A DNA stretch of 64,000 nt, from positions 163,372-227,371 of the forward strand of contig JADFDG010000001.1 of the NCBI GenBank assembly GCA_018262975.1, given 5' to 3'. Numbering within the stretch: the first letter of the stretch is position 1; each line of letters starts with the position of its first letter. Shown here piece by piece: positions 48,290-54,766 of this stretch. Source of the DNA: Gammaproteobacteria bacterium. GTDB taxonomy: Bacteria > Pseudomonadota > Gammaproteobacteria > Pseudomonadales > JADFDG01. A program made the translations under genes and the position numbers. The notes under the pieces were generated by a model. It did no database searches, was not told the origin of the DNA, and worked only from the letters and a program-made list of their open reading frames with translations.

Positions 48290-49254
48290 TGAGCAGCCCA
48301 CGTCCCGCCATGCCCTCGCGCGGCATTGCCTTTGTTTCCGGCTACCTGCCCTGGGATACGGTCGGTTCCGAGGAAAAACGTGCGCGCTGGCTCCTGTTGG
48401 CCGCCCTGTTGCTCGCGTTCGTGCTGCTCGTGGTGCTGCAGAGCATTACCCTGCCGCCGGTCGACCGCGCGCAGGCCGAGAAGATGCCCGAACGGCTCGC
48501 CAAGCTGGTGATGGAGAAGAAGAAGGAACCGCCGCCGCCGCCGCCCAAGGAAGAAGTGGTGAAGGAAGAGGAAAAGCCCAAGGAAGAGAAGCCGAAGGAG
48601 GAAAAGCCGGTCGAGGAGAAGGTGCAGAAGGCCCGTGAAAAGGCCAGCAAGGCACTGGCCGAGGCCAAGGAAGAACTCGCGGCCATGCAGGACCTCGCCG
48701 CGGCATTCGACTTCGGTGCAGACCAGCCGCTGTCCAAGGCCGGCGCAGCCAGTCCCTCGGAAGGCGCGCTGTCGCGCGACCTGATCACCAGCCGCACCGG
48801 CAAGGGTTCGGGTGGCGTGAACATCGGCACCGCGTCCAGCGGTGGCGGTGGCGCCGGCGTGGCCGGTGGCGGCAAGCTCGGCGGTGCGCAGGTTGCCAAG
48901 GTGGATTCCAACATCACCGAGGGCGGCATCGGCGCGACGCGCAAGAGCGCCAGCGGCAAGCTGGAGCGTACCGAGGAAGAGATCCGCCGCGTGATGGACC
49001 GCAACAACGGTGCCTTGCAGGCGATCTACCAGCGTGCGCTGCGCAGCAACCCGACGCTCAAGGGCGCCATCGTCCTGCGCCTGGTGATCGCGCCGGACGG
49101 CTCGGTGACCTCGGCTGACCTGGTTTCCAGCGAACTGGGCGACGCGGAGACCGAGAAGAAGCTGCTCACCCGCATCAAGGCCATCAACTTCGGCGCCATC
49201 GAGGGCGTGGCCGTGTGGGATGACAAGTACACGCTCAACTTCTTCCCGAGCTGA
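48289..49254 (+). CDS. TonB-like energy transducer with AgmX/PglI-type C-terminal domain (321 aa)
   Basis: N-terminal TM (WLLLAALLLAFVLLVVL), a Pro/Glu/Lys-rich linker (KKKEPPPPPPKEEVVKEEEKPKEEKPKEEKPVEEK), a Gly-rich region, and a TonB_C-like C-terminus (ALRSNPTLKGAIVLRLVIAPDGSV...). TGATG overlap with the upstream gene. Confidence 0.82.
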   Translation: MSSPRPAMPSRGIAFVSGYLPWDTVGSEEKRARWLLLAALLLAFVLLVVLQSITLPPVDRAQAEKMPERLAKLVMEKKKEPPPPPPKEEVVKEEEKPKEEKPKEEKPVEEKVQKAREKASKALAEAKEELAAMQDLAAAFDFGADQPLSKAGAASPSEGALSRDLITSRTGKGSGGVNIGTASSGGGGAGVAGGGKLGGAQVAKVDSNITEGGIGATRKSASGKLERTEEEIRRVMDRNNGALQAIYQRALRSNPTLKGAIVLRLVIAPDGSVTSADLVSSELGDAETEKKLLTRIKAINFGAIEGVAVWDDKYTLNFFPS

Positions 49255-49278
49255 CGTGTAGTGCGTGTGTAACACCGA

Positions 49279-49308
49279 CAAGGGGCGCTGCGGCGCCCCT
49301 TGTTTTTT
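49279..49308 (+). terminator. Rho-independent terminator ending the motor operon
   Basis: CAAGGGGCGC, loop TGCG, GCGCCCCTTG, followed by TTTTTT. It lies 25 nt after the stop at 49254. Confidence 0.85.
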
Positions 49309-49348
49309 GCGGTATCTTGTCGTCGTTCAGAGACGGCCGGAGTCCGCC

Positions 49349-49867
49349 ATGCGCCACACCACCCTGTTTTCCCGTGCCTGCCTGCTTGCCGCGGTCGTGG
49401 GCCTCACCGCCTGTATTCCGCCACCGGCGGACATCGGCGTCGACTACTCCGGCCCCATCTACCGCAAGCCCGGCGCCGATGCACCGCGCACGCAGTCCTC
49501 GTCACTGCCGGCACAACCGGCCGGCAGCGAGTGCGCGAAACTCGAGGAAACGCCGACCCGCAAGCGCAGCGCCTGTGGCGTGCGCGAGATCATGACGCGC
49601 TACAACGGCGGCCTGCAGATGCTTTACCAGCGCCGACTGGTCGACAACCCGCGCCTGCAGGGACAGGTCGTGTTGCGCCTGAACATCGCCGCCGATGGCA
49701 GCGTGCAGGCCTGCGACATCGCCTCCAGCACCCTCAACGACAGCGAACTCGACCGGCAGATCGCCGCCTACGTGCGCACCATCAACTTCGGGGCGCTCGA
49801 AAACGTACCGGCCTGGGCTGACACCTACACGCTGGAACTGACGCCGCCGGTGGCCGGCAAGCGCTGA
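49349..49867 (+). CDS. Lipoprotein carrying a second AgmX/PglI-type TonB_C-like domain (172 aa)
   Basis: Lipobox GLTAC. The C-terminal ~90 aa align by eye with the C-terminus of the 321-aa protein (LYQRRLVDNPRLQGQVVLRLNIAADGSV...TINFGALE...TYTLEL). ATG at 49349 with GGAG upstream. Confidence 0.75.
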   Translation: MRHTTLFSRACLLAAVVGLTACIPPPADIGVDYSGPIYRKPGADAPRTQSSSLPAQPAGSECAKLEETPTRKRSACGVREIMTRYNGGLQMLYQRRLVDNPRLQGQVVLRLNIAADGSVQACDIASSTLNDSELDRQIAAYVRTINFGALENVPAWADTYTLELTPPVAGKR

Positions 49868-49876
49868 GCCACGCGT

Positions 49877-50431
49877 TCAGCCGGGCGGCGGCAGGAAGCG
49901 CCCGGCCGGCAATGGCCAGGGCTGGCCATAATGCGCGGCCAGCCGCGCGCCCAGTTGCGCCGCGCGCGGCGGCAGCTGCCCGTCGACGCAGCGCAGCACC
50001 TCGGCATGCACCGCACGCCACAGCGAGCCTTCATCGAGCGGGTCCTCGCAATCGAGGTTATCCATGCTGACGCGAAAGGACTTGCCGCACGCCGCGGTGA
50101 GCACCCATTCCACCGCCTGGGGCCTCGCTTCCACGCGCTCGAACTCCGCTTGCCGGGCGCCACTGCGGCCATCGGGGTCGTACCAGTAACCGTAGTCGAC
50201 CTGCCGGCGCCGTTCGCTGCCGGCCACGCACCAGTGAGCGATCTCGTGCAGCGCACTCTGGAAATAGTCGTGGCGGAACACGATCTCGTTCCAGCCGTGC
50301 TCGTCGGCGGCCGGGACGTAGAGGGGCTCTTCGCCGCCAGCGACCAGCCGCACGCGATGCGATTGCGCAAACGTGGCGGCAAAGATCGCCGCCAGCTCAT
50401 CGGCATCGAAGCGGTCAGCACCCATCGACAT
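49877..50431 (-). CDS. epmC: Elongation factor P hydroxylase
   Basis: Strong resemblance to E. coli YfcM/EpmC as I recall it (HEIAHWCVAG, DYGYWYDPDGR, PQAVEW, MDNLD). ATG at 50431. Confidence 0.85.
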   Translation of the reverse strand: MSMGADRFDADELAAIFAATFAQSHRVRLVAGGEEPLYVPAADEHGWNEIVFRHDYFQSALHEIAHWCVAGSERRRQVDYGYWYDPDGRSGARQAEFERVEARPQAVEWVLTAACGKSFRVSMDNLDCEDPLDEGSLWRAVHAEVLRCVDGQLPPRAAQLGARLAAHYGQPWPLPAGRFLPPPG

Positions 50432-50570
50432 CACCCTGTAGCGGGGGCGCCATGCGCCCACCCGTGTTCCTGTATGATCATCCGCCGCCGTGGTCCGCCG
50501 CCCCGCCGCTGGCAACCGCCAGTCCCGGGGCCGGGATCACCCGAGCCGGCAACGTGGTGCGCACCCTACC

Positions 50571-52013
50571 TTGAGCCTCCCCTCGCCTCAATCCCCGTCC
50601 GCCACCATCCCGCCACCACGCGGTGAACTGCGCGCGTTGCTGGCGCTGGTACTGCCGATCCTCGGCGGCCAGGTGGCGCAGACCGCCAACGGTTTCGTCG
50701 ATACCGTGATGGCCGGCCAGGTCAGCCCGCTGGACCTCGCTGCCGTCGCCGTCGGGGCCAGCATCTGGGTGCCGGTGTTCCTGTTCATGGTCGGCGTGAT
50801 CATCGCCGCCACGCCCATCCTCTCCCAGCACCTCGGCGCCGGCCGCCACCACCACGTGGTGCCTACCGCCTGGCAGGCGCTGTGGCTGGCGCTGGGCGTG
50901 GGCATCGCCGGCCTGCTGGTGACGCGCAATGCGGGCGTGCTGTTCAGCGCGCTGGAGGTGCCGGTGCATTTGCGCCAGCTGACCGGGCGCTACCTGGACG
51001 GCCTGTCCTGGGGCCTGCCCGGCGTCGCGCTGTTCATCGGACTGCGCAGCTACACCGAGTCGCTGTCGCACACCACGCCCGTGCTGGTGATCAGTTTCAT
51101 CGGCCTGTTCGCCAACATCCCGCTCAATTACCTGTTCATCCACGGCGCGACGCTGCCGGCCGGCCTGACGATCCCGGCCATGGGCGGTGCCGGGTGCGGC
51201 GTCGCTACCGCCATCGTGATGTGGCTGATGGCCGGCCTGATGTGGCTTTACGTGCGCAACGCCAGCCACTATCGACGACGTGCACCGGCCGGCACGCGCA
51301 TCGACGGCGGCCCGCACGCCCCGGACGTCCGCGCACTGGCGGCGATGCTCGCCCTGGGCCTGCCGATCGGCCTGGCCATTTTCTTCGAGGTGAGCATCTT
51401 CTCGATCATCGCCGTGTTGCTGGCGACCATGGGTGAACGGGTGGTGGCTGGCCACCAGATCGCCCTGAATTTCGCTTCCCTGACCTTCATGTTGCCGCTG
51501 TCGGTGGCGCTGGGACTCACCGTGCGTACCGGGCTGGCCGCCGGCGCGGGTGACCTGGCCGCGGTGCGCCGCGCGGTACGCACCGGCATGATGCTGTCGA
51601 CGGTGCTGGCCCTGTTCAACCTGTGCGTGTTGCTGCTCGGACGCGAGGCCATCCCCGCGCTGTACACCGATGACCCGGGCGTACGTGCACTGGCGGGTGC
51701 ACTGATCGTCTATGCAGCGATTTTCCAGTTGCCCGACGCGCTGCAGGTGACCGCCAGCGGAGCGCTGCGCGGCTTCCGCGACACGCGCAGCCCGATGTGG
51801 ATCACCCTGCTGGCGTACTGGGGCATCGGCTTGCCGGTGGGATGGGCGCTCGGCTTTGGCACGCTGCTCGGCGTGCCGGTCACCGAACCACTGGGACCGC
51901 AGGGTTTCTGGGTGGGCCTGATCGTGGGCCTGGTGTGCGCCGCGGTGCTGCTCAACCTGCGGCTGGCCGGCTACCTCTCGGGGCGACGGACCTGGCAACG
52001 CGGCAGTGACTGA
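50571..52013 (+). CDS. norM: MATE-family multidrug efflux transporter (NorM-like)
   Basis: 12-TM MatE pattern (LPILGGQVAQTANGFVDTVMAG...ALRGFRDTRSP). The start is uncertain because there is no in-frame ATG near the N-terminus. I chose TTG 50571; the track uses 50490. Confidence 0.8.
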   Translation: MSLPSPQSPSATIPPPRGELRALLALVLPILGGQVAQTANGFVDTVMAGQVSPLDLAAVAVGASIWVPVFLFMVGVIIAATPILSQHLGAGRHHHVVPTAWQALWLALGVGIAGLLVTRNAGVLFSALEVPVHLRQLTGRYLDGLSWGLPGVALFIGLRSYTESLSHTTPVLVISFIGLFANIPLNYLFIHGATLPAGLTIPAMGGAGCGVATAIVMWLMAGLMWLYVRNASHYRRRAPAGTRIDGGPHAPDVRALAAMLALGLPIGLAIFFEVSIFSIIAVLLATMGERVVAGHQIALNFASLTFMLPLSVALGLTVRTGLAAGAGDLAAVRRAVRTGMMLSTVLALFNLCVLLLGREAIPALYTDDPGVRALAGALIVYAAIFQLPDALQVTASGALRGFRDTRSPMWITLLAYWGIGLPVGWALGFGTLLGVPVTEPLGPQGFWVGLIVGLVCAAVLLNLRLAGYLSGRRTWQRGSD

Positions 52014-52057
52014 CGGCAAGAGCCCGCCCGCGACTCCCCTGCTATGCTGGAGCGGCC

Positions 52058-53989
52058 ATGTCGTCTGAAGGGACGCAAGCCATGCGCAGCACGTCGACAC
52101 GTACCACCGGCGCCAATGTCCGTGCCCTGATGGAATTCCTGCAGGCCTGGGCGCCGTTCAGCCAGATGGAAACGGCGCACCTCGCCGCGCTGGTGGAATG
52201 CAGCGAACTGCATTACTTCGCCGACGGCGAGGTGGTCTTGCGCCCGGAAGACGGCCCGGCGCGACGGTTCTGGGTTGTCCGCCAGGGCCGGATACGCGGT
52301 GAACGCAGCGGCAGTGACGGGCGCGCGGAAACCACCTTCGAGATCGCCCGTGGCGAATGCTTCCCGCTGGCGGCGCTGCTGGGCGAGCGCCCCACCCGCA
52401 CCCTGCACCGCGCCGTCGGTGACACCTTCTGCCTGAGCATCGACCGCGCCGATTTCGCTCGCCTGATGACCATGAGCGAGCCGTTCCGGGACTACTGCCT
52501 GCGCGGCGTCAGCAGCCTGCTCGACGAGGTCAACCGCGGCATCCGTCGCCAGGCCCAGCAGGCCGTGGTGGATGACGCCAGCCTCGACCAGCCGCTGACG
52601 CGCTACGCGCAGCGCCGGCCGGTGACCTGCGCACCGGATACGCCGCTGCGCGCTGCCGTGCAGCACATGCACGAAGCCAATGTCGGCTCCATCGTGGTCA
52701 CCGACGAACAGCACAAGCCGCTGGGCATCTTCACGCTGCGCGACCTGCGCGCACAGGTTGCCGCCGCGGTCGCGATGGATGCGCCCATCGCCTCGGTGAT
52801 GAGCCATGACCCGGTCTGCCTGCCGCCGGACGCTACTACCTTCGACGCCTCGCTGCAGATGGCCGCCCGCCACTTCGCACACGTTTGCCTGGTGGATGCC
52901 GGCGGTGCGCTGGCCGGCGTGGTGTCGGAGCGCGACCTCTTCTCGTTGCAGAAAGTCAGCCTCGTGCGCCTCACGCGCACGCTGGGCACCGCACCCGACC
53001 TCGCCACCCTTGCCAGCCTGCGCGAGGACATCCGCCAGCTGGTTGATGCCATGCTGGCGCGAGGCGCCGCGGCCCGCCAGGTGCTGCGCGTGATCACCAC
53101 CCTCAACGACGTCACCGTGAGACGCATCATCGAGCTGCAACGGGCGAAGCAGGATCCCGGCATACGCTTCGCGTGGCTGAGCTTCGGCAGCGAGGCCCGC
53201 CAGGAACAGACCCTGCACACCGACCAGGACAACGCCATCCTTTTCGACCCGCCCGCGGGCATGGGCAACGACGAGGCGCGCCGGCGCCTGCTGCCCTTCG
53301 CGCAGGCAGTCAATGCCGACATGGCGCAGTGCGGATTCGCGCTGTGCAAGGGCAACATCATGGCCGGCAACCCGGAACTGTGCCTGTCGGTGGAAGAATG
53401 GGAAGCGTGGTACCAGCGCTTCATCGAGAGCTGGACGCCGAAGAACCTGATGTATTCGGCAATCTTCCTCGACGGGCGTGCCCTGTGGGGCGATACCGCC
53501 ATGGCCGATGCACTGTTCGCGCGCGTGCGCACGCGCATACGTGCCCACAGCCTGTTCCAGCGCATGATGGCCGGCGCGGCGCTGGAATCGCGGCCACCGC
53601 TGAATTTCTTCCAGGGTTTCGTGTACGCCAAGGGCGGCGAGAAACACACCATCGACCTGAAAGTTCAGGGACTCACGCCATTCGTCGATGTCGCCCGCGT
53701 ATTGTGCTACGCCGAAAACCTGCCGGCGGTGAACACCTTCGAGCGCCTGGAGGCGCTGCGTGATGCGGGACGCCTCGATGCCAACGACGTGAATGCGTGG
53801 CTGGAGGCCTACGGGCTGCTGCACCTGTTGCGCATGCGCCACCACCAGGAGCGCATGGCGAGCGGCCAGCCGCTGGACAACCGGCTGAACCCCGACACCC
53901 TCAACCCGCTGGATGCACGCATCCTGCGCGAATCCTTCCGCCAGGCGCAGCGCCTGCAGCAGTCGCTGGCGCTGGCCTACCAGTTGTGA
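52058..53989 (+). CDS. cNMP-binding + tandem CBS + DUF294 (GlnD-like) nucleotidyltransferase protein
   Basis: N-terminal cyclic-nucleotide-binding fold and a CBS pair (VTCAPDTPLRAAVQHM...IVVTDEQHKPLGIFT). Pol-beta NTase signature FGSEARQEQTLHTDQDNAI, plus a C-terminal DUF294_C-like helical domain. Confidence 0.82.
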   Translation: MSSEGTQAMRSTSTRTTGANVRALMEFLQAWAPFSQMETAHLAALVECSELHYFADGEVVLRPEDGPARRFWVVRQGRIRGERSGSDGRAETTFEIARGECFPLAALLGERPTRTLHRAVGDTFCLSIDRADFARLMTMSEPFRDYCLRGVSSLLDEVNRGIRRQAQQAVVDDASLDQPLTRYAQRRPVTCAPDTPLRAAVQHMHEANVGSIVVTDEQHKPLGIFTLRDLRAQVAAAVAMDAPIASVMSHDPVCLPPDATTFDASLQMAARHFAHVCLVDAGGALAGVVSERDLFSLQKVSLVRLTRTLGTAPDLATLASLREDIRQLVDAMLARGAAARQVLRVITTLNDVTVRRIIELQRAKQDPGIRFAWLSFGSEARQEQTLHTDQDNAILFDPPAGMGNDEARRRLLPFAQAVNADMAQCGFALCKGNIMAGNPELCLSVEEWEAWYQRFIESWTPKNLMYSAIFLDGRALWGDTAMADALFARVRTRIRAHSLFQRMMAGAALESRPPLNFFQGFVYAKGGEKHTIDLKVQGLTPFVDVARVLCYAENLPAVNTFERLEALRDAGRLDANDVNAWLEAYGLLHLLRMRHHQERMASGQPLDNRLNPDTLNPLDARILRESFRQAQRLQQSLALAYQL

Positions 53990-53996
53990 GGACGCC

Positions 53997-54704
53997 ATGA
54001 GCTGGCTCACCCGCCTGCTGGGAAAAAGCCACGCCGGTGACGCCAGTCTGCAACAGGCATTGGCGGAATTGCCGCCCTGCCCGCCGCCGGCGCAACTGGC
54101 GCTGGCCGACACCCGTTTCGTGGTGGTGGATACCGAGAGCACCGGGCTCGACGTGCAGAAGGACAAGTTGCTGTCGATCGGCGCCGTGGCCATCGAGGGC
54201 GGCAGGTTGCGCGTGGGCGACCAGTTCGAGGCCGTGCTCGCCCACGCCGACGCCGATACCCGGCCCACCGTGCTGCTGCACGGCATCGGCGCGGATGCGG
54301 TGCGCGCGGGACAGGCACCTGCCGAAGCGTTGCTGGCGTTCTACCGCTGGAGCGGACCCTGCGTGTTCATTGCCTTCCACGCCGGCTTCGATCGCGCGCT
54401 CACCGAGCGCTCGCTGCGCGACGTTGGCGGCAGCGTGCCGCAACGCTCGTGGCTGGATCTTGCCGTCGCGCTGCCCGCCCTGTACCCGGCGCGGCGGGAC
54501 AAGCGGCGCAGCCTGGACGACTGGACCTCGGCGTTCGGCCTGTACAACCCGGGACGCCACCAGGCCGCCGCCGATGCCTTCGTCACCGCCGAGCTCGCGC
54601 TGGCGATGCTGGCGGCGGCGCGGCGCAACGGGCTGCACAGCGTGGCCGACCTGCAGCGCGTCATGCAGGATTACCAGCGACTGCAGCAACTGCACCCGCG
54701 CTGA
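53997..54704 (+). CDS. DEDDh 3'-5' exonuclease (DnaQ/epsilon-like)
   Basis: ExoI VVVDTESTGL, ExoII AFHAGFDRA, ExoIII HQAAADA. ATG lies 7 nt after the upstream stop. Confidence 0.85.
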   Translation: MSWLTRLLGKSHAGDASLQQALAELPPCPPPAQLALADTRFVVVDTESTGLDVQKDKLLSIGAVAIEGGRLRVGDQFEAVLAHADADTRPTVLLHGIGADAVRAGQAPAEALLAFYRWSGPCVFIAFHAGFDRALTERSLRDVGGSVPQRSWLDLAVALPALYPARRDKRRSLDDWTSAFGLYNPGRHQAAADAFVTAELALAMLAAARRNGLHSVADLQRVMQDYQRLQQLHPR

Positions 54705-54714
54705 TTGCACCCTG

Positions 54715-54744
54715 AAAAAAAAAAGCGGGCGCCGAAGCGCCCGC
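54715..54744 (-). terminator. Rho-independent terminator of yjcH-actP
   Basis: The plus strand has A10 followed by GCGGGCGC-CGAA-GCGCCCGC. On the minus strand this reads as a hairpin plus a T-run about 20 nt after the actP stop. It also closes the convergent exonuclease gene. Confidence 0.85.
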
Positions 54745-54766
54745 CAAAGACCGGAATCCGTCCGGT

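Noticed and set aside
48530-48620. Tandem-looking DNA repeats (aaggaagag/gaaaagccc/aaggaagagaagccg...), and the similar Pro/Ala repeat at about 45950-46020.
   Set aside because: They encode the Pro/Glu/Lys periplasm-spanning linker of the TonB-like protein and the PAPAAP tail of the TPR lipoprotein. These are coding low-complexity regions, not CRISPR, VNTR or mobile repeats.
46483-49254. Reading exbB-exbD-exbD-tonB as the ordinary iron-uptake TonB system, as in the Xanthomonas tonB-exbB-exbD1-exbD2 locus with two exbD genes.
   Set aside because: The gene order differs, with the TonB-like gene last. The block is translationally tied to three exported TPR proteins and small secreted proteins. 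The first ExbD lacks the TM Asp. The TonB-like C-terminus looks like the AgmX/PglI subtype and is duplicated as a lipoprotein. No receptor or iron genes are adjacent. I cannot exclude this reading without the rest of the genome, so it stays as the explicit alternative in the main finding.
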